DNA of 64,000 nt from Myxococcota bacterium (lineage in GTDB: Bacteria > Myxococcota_A > UBA9160 > SZUA-336), in assembly GCA_965247115.1 (NCBI GenBank), contig CBDFGR010000002.1, positions 1,376,001 to 1,440,000 on the forward strand, in the 5' to 3' direction. The notes beneath the pieces were generated by a model. That model saw nothing but the letters and a program-made list of their open reading frames with translations, was not told where the DNA came from and did not search any database. Made by a program: the position numbers and the translations under genes. Positions 55,250-64,000 of the stretch are shown one piece after another; position 1 is the first letter of the stretch, and each line of letters begins with the position of its first letter.

Positions 55250-56127
55250 CCAGAGACCCGATCGGCGAGCTTCCGGCGGGATACGTCATCCATCGGGTCG
55301 GCGACACATGGCTTGTTTTCGACAGAGGAGCTGCGGCGGAGCTGACCCGGCTGCGGCTGGCGGAGGCATCCGTGCGCCGCGCGCTCTTCACACGCGCGCC
55401 GCGGCGCGGCCGCGGCAGCGCCCCGAGCGTTCCGCTCGGTCCGCGCGCAGTGGTGCTGCGCCGTTACCGGCACGGCGGGCTGCTCGGCTGGCTCACCGGG
55501 GCGCTCTACTTCGGGCTAGAGCGCGCTCTGTCCGAGCTTCGCGTCACCGCACGGGCCGAGGCCTCCGGTGCGCCGGTTCCTCACGTCCTGTGCCTGGCGC
55601 TGTGGCCAGTCGCCGGCCCGCTCTGGTCGGCTCTGATCGGCACACTCGAGGAGCAGGATGCCGGTGACCTGCTCGAGGTGCTCGAGACGGCGGATGAGCC
55701 CGGGACCCGCTGGGAGCTCGCGCGTCAGGTAGGAGCTGCCCTGCGGAAGCTCCACGACGCGGGCTTGGAGCACCGGGATCTACAGCTCCGGAACATCCTG
55801 GTCGTCGGCCCGGATCGCCGCATCGTGGTGGTAGACCTCGACAGGGCGACCTTTCACGCGGCGGGGCCCGTTCCAGTGGGCGGCCGCGCGGACAACCTCG
55901 GGCGCCTCTTCCGCTCCATCGTCAAGAATGGACTATGGGGATCGCGGGTCGGAAGGCGCGAGCTGGCGGCCTTTCTCGGCGGGTACACCCAGGACCAGAG
56001 AGCCCTGCGCCGCGAGCTGCGCAGCTGGCTTCCGCGCGAGCGGCTCAAGCTGGCCACCCACCGGCTGCGCTATCGCCTCATCCTGCGCCTTTCGCGCCCA
56101 GCGGTCGGGCCTCCTCCACCAGCATGA
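55246..56127 (+). CDS. Kdo kinase-like LPS kinase (KdkA/WaaP family)
   Basis: [42 protein letters not shown] start overlaps the lptF stop. Confidence 0.8.
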   Translation: MTRDPIGELPAGYVIHRVGDTWLVFDRGAAAELTRLRLAEASVRRALFTRAPRRGRGSAPSVPLGPRAVVLRRYRHGGLLGWLTGALYFGLERALSELRVTARAEASGAPVPHVLCLALWPVAGPLWSALIGTLEEQDAGDLLEVLETADEPGTRWELARQVGAALRKLHDAGLEHRDLQLRNILVVGPDRRIVVVDLDRATFHAAGPVPVGGRADNLGRLFRSIVKNGLWGSRVGRRELAAFLGGYTQDQRALRRELRSWLPRERLKLATHRLRYRLILRLSRPAVGPPPPA

Positions 56128-56281
56128 CGGGAATGCCGTCCTCGACCGGGTAGGACAGCTCGCACGCCGCACAGTCCAGGGACTGCTCGGCGCCATCGGG
56201 GTCGCGTTGGACCGCGAGCTCGCCCTTGCACCTGGGACAGACCAGGATCAAAAGCAGCTCGGGGTCGATGTGCGCGCTCAT
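56078..56281 (-). CDS. Trm112/YcaR family protein
   Basis: [13 protein letters not shown]...C..C...[11 protein letters not shown]. Confidence 0.9.
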   Translation of the reverse strand: MSAHIDPELLLILVCPRCKGELAVQRDPDGAEQSLDCAACELSYPVEDGIPVMLVEEARPLGAKGAG

Positions 56282-57138
56282 GCGTGGCCCTGCTTCCGCA
56301 TCAGCTCGGCGAGATCGCGCGTCTCGCAGATGAGCGCCTCCAGGCGGTCCAGTGGGAACTGGCTGGCGGCATCGCAGAGCGCCTGCTGCGGATCGGGATG
56401 CGTCTCGAGAAAAACAGCGTTTGCGCCGGCGGCGACGCTGGCCCGAAGCAGCGTGGGGATGTGCTCTACGCTCCCTGCTCCGTTCGGATCGGTGCTCGGG
56501 ATACCGTAGCGTCGAACCTGGTGGCCCGCGTCGAAGACGACCGGGTAGCCATGCTCCTGCATGACCGGAATTGCGGTCATGTCCGCGACGAGGTTGTTGT
56601 ACCCGAACTGGGCACCGCGCTCCGTCAGCAGGATGCGCTTGTTGCCGCTGCGCTCAATCTTGCCGACGGTACTGAACATGCCCTCTGGCGAGATGAATTG
56701 GCCCTTCTTCACGTTCACGGCCTTGCCGCTTCGACCCGCGGCAACCAGCAAGCTCGTCTGCTGGCACAGAAAGGCGGGGATCTGGATCACGTCGAGAACC
56801 TCGCGAGCAGACACGATGTCCTCTTCGCGGTGAACGTCGGAGAGCACCGGCAGCTCGAACTCCTTCTTGATCCAAGCCAGAGTCTCGAGCCCTTCCTCGA
56901 TGCCCGGTCCCTGGTAGGTGAGCTCGGAGCTGCGGTTGTCCTTTTCGTAGGAGGACTTGAAAATGATCGGGACCTCGAGCTTCTCGGACAGCTTCTTCAG
57001 CCGCTCGGCGGTACCACCCATCAAGCGTCGGTCCTCGATCACACAGGGACCGGCGATCCAGGCCAGCGGCAAACCCGGGCCGATAAGAACGCGCAGCGCG
57101 GCGCTATCCCCGACCTCGACCGGCTGGATGGGCTTCAC
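56278..57138 (-). CDS. kdsA: 3-deoxy-8-phosphooctulonate synthase (metal-dependent type, variant motif)
   Basis: [43 protein letters not shown] replaces KANRS. Confidence 0.88.
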   Translation of the reverse strand: MKPIQPVEVGDSAALRVLIGPGLPLAWIAGPCVIEDRRLMGGTAERLKKLSEKLEVPIIFKSSYEKDNRSSELTYQGPGIEEGLETLAWIKKEFELPVLSDVHREEDIVSAREVLDVIQIPAFLCQQTSLLVAAGRSGKAVNVKKGQFISPEGMFSTVGKIERSGNKRILLTERGAQFGYNNLVADMTAIPVMQEHGYPVVFDAGHQVRRYGIPSTDPNGAGSVEHIPTLLRASVAAGANAVFLETHPDPQQALCDAASQFPLDRLEALICETRDLAELMRKQGHA

Positions 57139-57181
57139 GGGCGGACTCCTACGACGATGAACGGAAGGGGCGAGCCGCACG

Positions 57182-57209
57182 AGGGTAGGTTCGGGCGGGG
57201 CGCTGTCAA
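57182..57209 (-). promoter_or_regulatory. Putative sigma70 promoter of kdsA
   Basis: TTGACA-16 nt-TACCCT on the minus strand. Confidence 0.5.
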
Positions 57210-57308
57210 TCGCTCCTGGTGGCCCCCCTGGCCGTGCTTCTCACCGCGCAACAGTACCCGCGCGGCCAGGGCAGGTGCCAGGAAAAAACCACCCCTCGTC
57301 GGCGCCGC

Positions 57309-58376
57309 TCAGCGCGAAAGGGCACGCCTGACGCCCTCCCGGACGAAGTCGATCAGCGCGCCCCCACCGTGGGGGCGGATCTCCTCTTCCAGGACCACGA
57401 GCTTCACGCGGAGGCTCCAGCGGGCGGGGATCTTGACGGCGTCCTTCTCGGTCGTCACCCAGAGCAGTCCCGGATCCAGACCGGAGAGGTCCGAGCGGCG
57501 GTAGCGATGGTGATCGGCAAACGTGCGCCGGGCCACGACCTCGGCTCCCAGCTCCGTGAGCTCTCTGGCGAGCCGATCCGGTCGGGCGATCGCGGCGAGC
57601 ACGCCGACCTTGCGGCCCCTCAGGATCTCCGAGGGCTCGAGAGCGCTGCCACCGAGCTGCCGTACTCCGCGCAGCCCGATCTCGATACCGAAGCACGGGG
57701 TTTCCACGGCGAGCGCGGCGCGCAGCTCAGGAAGCTCGGCAGCGCCGTCCGGGAGTCGGGTCCACACGATCGCGCCGGCGTGGTGGAGCGCGCCCGCTGG
57801 CTCGCGGAGCGGACCTCTCGGGAGCACGTGACCGTTGCCAAGACCGAGCCCCGCATCCACGCAGACGAGGTCGACGTCCCTGTGCAAGCGATGATGCTGG
57901 AAGCCATCGTCTATGATCAGAATCTCCGCCCCGAAGAGCGCGGCGGCGCGCAGTCCCAGGGCGACGCGATTGCGTCCCGCGAAGACGGGAACCCCCCGCG
58001 CTCTTCCCGCCAGGAGCACAGGCTCGTCGCCGACGTCCGCGGGGCTCAGCAACACGCGCTCGCCGTCGGAGACCACGTTCACCTCGCGCTCGCGTCTGCC
58101 GCCCACACCACGGCTCAGGATTGCGATGCGATGCCCCCTGGCCCGAAGCTCGGAGGCCAACCAGCCGACGAGTGGGGTCTTGCCGGAGCCTCCGACACAC
58201 AGGTTGCCCACGGAGACGACCGCGGGATCCAGGCGCACTCTTGAACGAAAGCCCGAATTATACACTTTTCGGTGTAACCAGGCCCCCAGGCGGTACGGGC
58301 CTTCTAGCAACAGCAGCGGTGCGAGTGCGAATCGGCGCGTCCGCGACTCGTCGGTCCGCCACAGGAAGTCAGGCAC
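57309..58376 (-). CDS. lpxK: Tetraacyldisaccharide 4'-kinase
   Basis: SVGNLCVGGSGKTP, GDEP, DDGFQH, LPRGPLREP, FADHH, TTEKDAVK. Confidence 0.95.
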   Translation of the reverse strand: MPDFLWRTDESRTRRFALAPLLLLEGPYRLGAWLHRKVYNSGFRSRVRLDPAVVSVGNLCVGGSGKTPLVGWLASELRARGHRIAILSRGVGGRREREVNVVSDGERVLLSPADVGDEPVLLAGRARGVPVFAGRNRVALGLRAAALFGAEILIIDDGFQHHRLHRDVDLVCVDAGLGLGNGHVLPRGPLREPAGALHHAGAIVWTRLPDGAAELPELRAALAVETPCFGIEIGLRGVRQLGGSALEPSEILRGRKVGVLAAIARPDRLARELTELGAEVVARRTFADHHRYRRSDLSGLDPGLLWVTTEKDAVKIPARWSLRVKLVVLEEEIRPHGGGALIDFVREGVRRALSR

Positions 58377-59607
58377 CGGAACCCCGCGCCTGGAGCACCA
58401 GCTCCAGCGAACGGCCGAGCGCGCCCCGATGCGCCTCGAGAGCGGAGCGTCCCCTCGCGCCACGCTCCGCGCGCTTCTCGTCAGCCCAGAGCCGGGCGAG
58501 CTCCTCGCGGAGATCTCGCTCTCGCTCGACCCGGTGGAGCACGCCCAGTGGCCGGAGCAGACGCACCTGGCTGCGCTGGTTCTCGACGTGCGGTCCGTGC
58601 ACCACGAGCTTTCCAGCCTGCACGGGCTCGAGCAGGTTGTGGCCTCCGATCGGGGCCAGAGTCCCCCCCACGAAGACCAGCTCGGCCAGCGCGTAGAGTG
58701 AGGTGAGCTCCCCGATACTGTCCACCAGCACAACATCGGCCTTCGCTGCGCCCTCGGAGCGCAGCCCCACGCTGGCTTCCTCACGCCGGAGCATGCGCAG
58801 CACGCCCGGCACCCGCTCGAGGTGACGGGGGACCAACACGAGGCGCAGGTGAGGAGCGTCGCGCTCGCGCAGTCCTCGCCACGCCTCGAGCAGCGCTTCC
58901 TCCTCCCCCGCATGGGTGCTGCCCGCGACGAGGAGCGGGCCCTCACCGATGGCCGTGCACAGCTCGTCTGAAGGAGGGGGTGGTGCCGGCCGGTCCAGCT
59001 TGAGATCACCAACGACGTGCGCACTCTCAGGGGCCACACCCAGGCGAAGAAAACGCTCCCGGTCTTCCTCCGTTCTGGCACCCAGCAGAGAGAGCTCGCA
59101 GAAGACGGACGCGAGCAGACCGCGGGCGCGACGGTAGCGCGGGTAGCTCGCATCGGAGAGCCGTCCACTCACCACCACCACACGTCCGCCCCGACTGGCC
59201 ACGGCGTGGATCAGGTTCGGCCACAGCTCGGTCTCGACGAGCACGAGCACAGTGGCCCTCGCGCGCACGACCGCCAGCGAGACCAGGCCCGGCAGGTCCA
59301 GGGGCGCAAGACGCACGCCGAGCTCGGGGCGCCGGACGCGCAAGCGATCACGGCCCGACGCAGTGAGCGTGGTCGCACAGGTCGGGATGCCACGTTCGAG
59401 CAGCGCGTCGAGCAGTGGCGCAGCGGCCTCCACCTCGCCGACGCTCGCCATGTGTACCCACACGCTCGGCTCGGGCATGAGGACGCGTGGCCAGAGGCGC
59501 TCACCAAGGCCGCGGCGAGCCCGCGCAGAGCACAGCGCGGCGAGCAGTGCGAAGGGCGCAAGCAACACGGCCAGTGGGACGAGGATCAGGTTGTAGAGCA
59601 GCAGCAC
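58369..59607 (-). CDS. waaA: Kdo transferase
   Basis: WVHMASVGE, ETELWPN, GDLK.D, AGSTH.GEE, VPRH.ER, GGHNLLEP. Confidence 0.95.
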   Translation of the reverse strand: MLLLYNLILVPLAVLLAPFALLAALCSARARRGLGERLWPRVLMPEPSVWVHMASVGEVEAAAPLLDALLERGIPTCATTLTASGRDRLRVRRPELGVRLAPLDLPGLVSLAVVRARATVLVLVETELWPNLIHAVASRGGRVVVVSGRLSDASYPRYRRARGLLASVFCELSLLGARTEEDRERFLRLGVAPESAHVVGDLKLDRPAPPPPSDELCTAIGEGPLLVAGSTHAGEEEALLEAWRGLRERDAPHLRLVLVPRHLERVPGVLRMLRREEASVGLRSEGAAKADVVLVDSIGELTSLYALAELVFVGGTLAPIGGHNLLEPVQAGKLVVHGPHVENQRSQVRLLRPLGVLHRVERERDLREELARLWADEKRAERGARGRSALEAHRGALGRSLELVLQARGSGA

Positions 59608-59623
59608 GCCAGACCTCGGGCGC

Positions 59624-60775
59624 CTACGTCCGCCCAGCGCGGCGCGGCGTCCCCTCTCGCGCCGCGGCGATCGCCAGGTCTGCGGCGTGTCTGGCCGACT
59701 CCGGCCGTCCGAGCTGCGCGGCAACGCTCGCGAAGGCCTCGAACATCTCGGCTCGGGCCTTCGGCACACGGATCAGTCGCGCGAGCAGAGCGGCCAGCGC
59801 CGCCGGCCGCGCCATCTCTTGAATCCGCTCGGGGACGACGCCCGCATCCGCGATCAGGTTGGTAATGGAGCTCGAGGGCACGTATGCAATGCGACGCAGC
59901 AGCTCGAATGAGAGCCGGCTCGCCCGGTGCGCCAAGACGAAGGGAACACCAAGAAGTGTCAATTCCAACGTGACGGTGCCTGAGGCAGCGAGCGCGCAGG
60001 TCGAGATGGCGAGCGCCTCATGGGTGCGCCCAACGACGAGCTGCACCCACTCGGGAAGCTGCGGCGGCTCACGCACAAGCGTGGGAGCGAGGGGAAGCTG
60101 GAGCTGGAGCTCGGGAATTGCCCCGCGCAGCAGCGCGGCGGTCTCCAGCATGCACGGGAGGTTTCCACGCAGCTCATTGCGGCGACTTCCTGGCAGCAGC
60201 GACAGGATCGGTCGCTCCAGGTCGAGACCCAGCTCCGACGCGATCTGCTTCGGCTGCAGCTGCTCGCGCAGCCTGGCCATGCGATCCGCCAGGGGGTGCC
60301 CGACAAAAGTCGCGTCGATGCCCGCCCGCCGCAGCAATGCCTCCTCGAAGGGGAAGATCACGGCCACACGGTCCGTTCGCCGCCTGAGCTGGCGCAGCCG
60401 GCCCGGTCGCCACGCCCAGACTTGCGGAGCGACGTAGTAGAAGACGGGAATGCCGAGCCGCCTGGCCACCGCGGCAAAGCGGAGATTCAGATCCGGAGTG
60501 TCCACCAGGATCGCTAGATCGGGGCGCCGGGTCGCAAGGGACCGGCGCAGGGCGAGGTACGCGCGCAGCAATCCTGGTGCGCTGCCAAGCACCTCGAAGA
60601 GGCCCGCAACGGCGAGATCGGACTGGGGGACCACCGGGTCAAGCCCAGCAGCGAGAGAGGCGGCCCCGCCCAGCCCGAACACTTCGAGCTCAGGCTCGCG
60701 CTCTCGCAGTGCTTCGAGCAGCGGCGCGGCGTGCATGTCGCCGGAGGCATCCGCAGTGGACAGGAAGACCCTCAA
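59624..60775 (-). CDS. lpxB: Lipid-A-disaccharide synthase
   Basis: ASGD, VDTPDLN, YYVAPQVWAWR, FPFE, FVGHPL, LLPGSR, SGTVTLE. Confidence 0.95.
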   Translation of the reverse strand: MRVFLSTADASGDMHAAPLLEALREREPELEVFGLGGAASLAAGLDPVVPQSDLAVAGLFEVLGSAPGLLRAYLALRRSLATRRPDLAILVDTPDLNLRFAAVARRLGIPVFYYVAPQVWAWRPGRLRQLRRRTDRVAVIFPFEEALLRRAGIDATFVGHPLADRMARLREQLQPKQIASELGLDLERPILSLLPGSRRNELRGNLPCMLETAALLRGAIPELQLQLPLAPTLVREPPQLPEWVQLVVGRTHEALAISTCALAASGTVTLELTLLGVPFVLAHRASRLSFELLRRIAYVPSSSITNLIADAGVVPERIQEMARPAALAALLARLIRVPKARAEMFEAFASVAAQLGRPESARHAADLAIAAAREGTPRRAGRT

Positions 60776-62709
60776 GGAGTCTCCTCGAGTCGCTCGATGC
60801 TCTCCTCGATCCGCAGCGCGAGGTCGAGTGCCCGGTAGCCGTCCTCCCCGCTCACGTCCGGCTTCGTGCGCTCCCGCACCGACGTCGCGAACGCGCGGTC
60901 CTGCGCGAGCAGCGCATCGCCGGAGTCGAGCTCGAGCTTCTCCGCGTGGATGCGCGGTGTCTCTCCTGACTCCGGGCGACCCTCACGGCGCACGATGGTG
61001 AGGCTGTTCTCGCCGAAGTCGATCGAGATGTAGGCGTCGCTCTGGAACAGGCGGACCTTGCGCAGCGACTCGAGCGAGACGCGGCTCGCTGTCAGGTTGA
61101 GGATGCACCCGTTTGCGAAGCGGATGCGCGCGTTCGCGATGTCCTCGCTGCTCGAGAGAACGGGCACGCCGACCGCCTCCACGCGCTCGACCTCGGCTCC
61201 AGCCAGGCTCGCGACGATGTCAAGATCGTGGATCATCACGTCCAGGATCACGCTCACGTCCGTCGCTCGATCAGGATACGGCCCGATCCGATGCGCCTCG
61301 ATGAAGCGCGGTCTGTTCAGCACCGGCCGGATGGCCGCGAAGGCGCGACTGAAGCGCTCGATGTGGCCAACCTGGAGCACCCGTCCGCGGCGCTCGGCCA
61401 GGTCGATCAGCTGCCTGGCGTCTTCGCGTGTCGTGGCGATGGGCTTCTCGACGAGCACGTCGAGCCCGGCCTCGAGCAGCTCCCGCGCGACCCGCGCGTG
61501 ATCCGTGGTCGGGACCGCTAGACAGGCTGCGTCCGCCAGCTCGCGAAGGCGCTCGGGCTCGCGCAGCGCCCGCACGTCGTACTTGCCCGCCACCTCGGCT
61601 GCTCGAGCGGGGTCTGCGTCACAGACGCAGGCGAGCCGGGCAACGCCCTCGCGCTCGAGCTGCGCGAGCTTCTCGGCGTGGAAGGCGCCCATGTGCCCAG
61701 CGCCGACCACGGCGATGCGCGGCAGTCCGCCTTGCGGGTGCCCGCCTTGCGGGACCCGGCGTCTACCTTGCGGGACCCGGCGCGCGAGCGGTCGCGCGCC
61801 ACCCGCTCTTCGTTCGGCTTGCGCCTCACTGCGCGCCGCGCCTTCGGCGCGGCTTGCGGGCGCCGTGCGTAGGGGCGCTTGCACCGTTGAGTCCGAGGGT
61901 AGGCCCACGAGGGTGATGCTCGCGTCGGCCAGCAGGGCGAGGGTTCGCTCGCGCTCGAGGACGAGCGTGCGGGCCGCCTCGAGGCCGATGGCCGCTACGC
62001 CGGCCTCTTTCGCGAGCGCGACGGTGCTCGGACCGATCACGGGGACGTCGAAGCGGAGGTCCTGACCGGGCTTCGCGACCTTGATGACGACGCTGCCCGG
62101 CCCTGCGAGCTCGGCCGCGCGCCGGACCATCGCATCCGTCCCCTCGGCCGCCTCGACGGCCACGACAGCCCCGGCTCGCACGACGACGCCCTGGCCCACG
62201 TCATGGCTGCCGAGACTCTTCGCCACGGTCAGGCCCAGCGCCAGGTCCTGCTCCTGCTCTGCCGAGAGCGGCCCGCCGACCAGGAGACCTTCGCGGACGA
62301 GCCGATCGCCCAAGTACTTGGTGGAGTCGACGACCGGCAGACCTTCGGACTCGAGCTCGTCAGCGATCGCGCGCAGCAGCACGTCGTCGCCGAGCGCCGG
62401 AAGCCGACGCAGCAGCGCGATGGCACGCGCGTCCGGGCGCAGTGAGGCCGGATCCTGAAGCAGCTCTCGCTTGGTGACCGCGCCTGCCAGGATGACCTCG
62501 CTCGCAGCCGCGTCCCTGAAGAAGCGGATCACGCGCTCGAGCTCTCCTGCGGCGAACCAGCCGAAGGCTCCCCGAGCACGCGACTCGATCGCAGGATCGG
62601 TGTTCCTCTCGATCGCCGCGATCGCCACGCCCAACCCGAGCTCCGAAGCGGCCTCGGCCACTTCGAACGGTAAGGGTCCGCTCCCTGCGATCAGCCCGAG
62701 CACCAACAT
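60772..62709 (-). CDS. Fusion of LpxI (UDP-2,3-diacylglucosamine hydrolase) and a Gfo/Idh/MocA oxidoreductase (GnnA-like)
   Basis: N-terminal GLIAGSG.LP, DVGQ.VV, AVEAAEGTD, KPGQDLRFDVP.IG; C-terminal VVGAGHMG..H, VEKP, VGHIERF, LDVMIHDLD, ASRVS. No stop between the halves. Confidence 0.85.
   Translation of the reverse strand: MLVLGLIAGSGPLPFEVAEAASELGLGVAIAAIERNTDPAIESRARGAFGWFAAGELERVIRFFRDAAASEVILAGAVTKRELLQDPASLRPDARAIALLRRLPALGDDVLLRAIADELESEGLPVVDSTKYLGDRLVREGLLVGGPLSAEQEQDLALGLTVAKSLGSHDVGQGVVVRAGAVVAVEAAEGTDAMVRRAAELAGPGSVVIKVAKPGQDLRFDVPVIGPSTVALAKEAGVAAIGLEAARTLVLERERTLALLADASITLVGLPSDSTVQAPLRTAPASRAEGAARSEAQAERRAGGARPLARRVPQGRRRVPQGGHPQGGLPRIAVVGAGHMGAFHAEKLAQLEREGVARLACVCDADPARAAEVAGKYDVRALREPERLRELADAACLAVPTTDHARVARELLEAGLDVLVEKPIATTREDARQLIDLAERRGRVLQVGHIERFSRAFAAIRPVLNRPRFIEAHRIGPYPDRATDVSVILDVMIHDLDIVASLAGAEVERVEAVGVPVLSSSEDIANARIRFANGCILNLTASRVSLESLRKVRLFQSDAYISIDFGENSLTIVRREGRPESGETPRIHAEKLELDSGDALLAQDRAFATSVRERTKPDVSGEDGYRALDLALRIEESIERLEETP
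61730..61860. repeat. Cluster of short direct repeats and GC-rich palindromes (REP-like) forming the fusion linker
   Basis: CCTTGCGGGACCCGGCG at 61745 and 61766, partial copies at 61730 and 61852; hairpins 61741-61753, 61779-61800, 61835-61853. Confidence 0.7.
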
Positions 62710-62722
62710 GCTGGGGAGGAGC

Positions 62723-63505
62723 CTAACGAAACCGCGCGAAGCCGCGCTCGGATTTCTCGAGGAACGCGATCATGTGTTCGGCTTCGCGCGAATCGGGCAG
62801 TTTCTCGCGGACTGCTGCAAAGGCGTCGACGGGGTTCAGGTTCGAGCGAAAGATGATCCGATATGCCAGCTCCACGGCTTCAATCCGCTTCTCGTCGAAG
62901 CCGCGGCGTTCCATGTTGACCCGGTTCACGCCGATCACGCGTGCAGGATAGCCCTGTAGCTTGAGGAAGGGAGCCGCATCCATGACGAGCCCGGACATCG
63001 CACTCAGCATCGCGGATTCGCCGACGCGAAGAAACTGCCCCACGGCGCAGCGACCGGCGAGGTACGCGTGGTCCTCGACACGGATGTGTCCGGCGAGCAA
63101 GACCTCGTTCGTCATGATCACGTGGCTGCCGATGTGGCAGTCGTGAGCGATGTGGACGCCTATCATGATCAGGTTGTCGTCGCCGATGGTTGTCAGACCC
63201 CCGGCCACCTCCGTGCCGGGATGGATCGTGGCGTGCTCCCGGATGGTGTTGCGCGCGCCGATCACGAGACGCGTCGAGTCCCCCCGGTACTTCTGGTCTT
63301 GCGGGATCTCGCCGACAGACGCGAAGGAGTAGACCACCGTCTCCGGACCGATCTCGGTGTTTCCCGTGACGAGCGCGTGGGATCGCAGCTCGACCCGCGG
63401 CCCCAGCCGGACCTGCGGCCCGACCACGCAGTAGGGACCGACCGTCACGTCGGAGGCGAGCTCGGCCTTCGGATCGATGATGGCCGTTGGGTGAATTCCA
63501 CTCAT
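62723..63505 (-). CDS. lpxA: Acyl-ACP--UDP-N-acetylglucosamine O-acyltransferase
   Basis: IHPTAII, hexapeptide repeats, PQDQKY, HIAHDC, LAGH. Confidence 0.96.
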   Translation of the reverse strand: MSGIHPTAIIDPKAELASDVTVGPYCVVGPQVRLGPRVELRSHALVTGNTEIGPETVVYSFASVGEIPQDQKYRGDSTRLVIGARNTIREHATIHPGTEVAGGLTTIGDDNLIMIGVHIAHDCHIGSHVIMTNEVLLAGHIRVEDHAYLAGRCAVGQFLRVGESAMLSAMSGLVMDAAPFLKLQGYPARVIGVNRVNMERRGFDEKRIEAVELAYRIIFRSNLNPVDAFAAVREKLPDSREAEHMIAFLEKSERGFARFR

Positions 63506-63957
63506 CCGTCACTCTCCTCCCAGCGCACAAAGGACGCCAGCAAGGTGGTCTGGACCGCGAGCTCTCCCTCGACCTTGGCGAAGCCCTCGAAGCGAAACAT
63601 CGGTCCGCGCCGCCGCAGCACGCGCACATCCAGCTGCAGCACGTCCCCGGGGACGACCGGGCGTCGGAAGCGCGCGTTGTCGATCCCGACGAGTGCGGGC
63701 TCGAGACCTTCGGCGATCCCAGCCGTGCGCTTCGCCCACACGCACGCGGTCTGCGCGAGTGCCTCGAGGACGAGTACGCCGGGAAAGATCGGCCGGTCCG
63801 GGAAGTGTCCCTGGAGCACGGGCTCGTTCACGCTGATGAGCTTCTCGCCGAGGGCCGAGCCATCGTCCATCTCGAGGATCCGGTCGACGAGCAGGATCGG
63901 ATAGCGGTGCGGCAGGAGCTCGCGAATCTCCGCGATTCCGAGCAGCGCCTTAGACAC
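63502..63957 (-). CDS. fabZ: 3-hydroxyacyl-ACP dehydratase
   Basis: LPHRYP.LLVDR, GHFP..PIFPGVL..EALAQ, FRRPVVPGD. Confidence 0.97.
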   Translation of the reverse strand: MSKALLGIAEIRELLPHRYPILLVDRILEMDDGSALGEKLISVNEPVLQGHFPDRPIFPGVLVLEALAQTACVWAKRTAGIAEGLEPALVGIDNARFRRPVVPGDVLQLDVRVLRRRGPMFRFEGFAKVEGELAVQTTLLASFVRWEESDG

Positions 63958-64000
63958 GCCGGTCTCCCTTGCGCCCGCGGCGCACTCCGTTCTACTCCTT

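Noticed and set aside
61730..61790. CRISPR array
   Set aside because: Only two full 17-bp copies separated by 4 bp, inside a coding frame, and no cas genes in the window.

Overview
High-GC bacterial chromosomal window, mostly core genes. The gene order (aminotransferase-serA-purA, zapB-zapA-ygfA-tyrS, yicC-remA-gmk-rel, fabZ-lpxA-lpxI-lpxB-waaA-lpxK) and rRNA style suggest a deltaproteobacterial/Myxococcota-like organism (inference). Left to right: a catabolic block (paired acyl-CoA dehydrogenases, acoA/acoB/acoX/acoC-like TPP dehydrogenase, divergent LLM oxidoreductase), tRNA-Lys, purA/serA/aminotransferase, aroA, a repeat-rich lipoprotein, a complete minus-strand rRNA operon (16S-Ile-Ala-23S-5S), tyrS, zapAB, gltBD, wcaJ-like transferase, glpQ/glpK, ftsY, smc, ABC exporters, rpmB, a small mobile-element patch, rel/gmk, and a large LPS/lipid A cluster. 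Highlights: (1) a 763-nt group I intron at 23S position 1917 carrying a single-motif LAGLIDADG homing endonuclease, whose ORF runs into the ribozyme core and whose ribosome-binding site lies in competing hairpins; (2) an in-frame LpxI-GnnA-like fusion joined by a palindrome/tandem-repeat-rich REP-like linker; (3) a RAYT/Y1 HUH transposase-like gene beside an IS481-like remnant; (4) variant KdsA and LpxA motifs plus a Kdo-kinase-like gene; (5) no 6S RNA or rpoZ at their usual positions. All calls come from reading motifs by eye; no searches were run.
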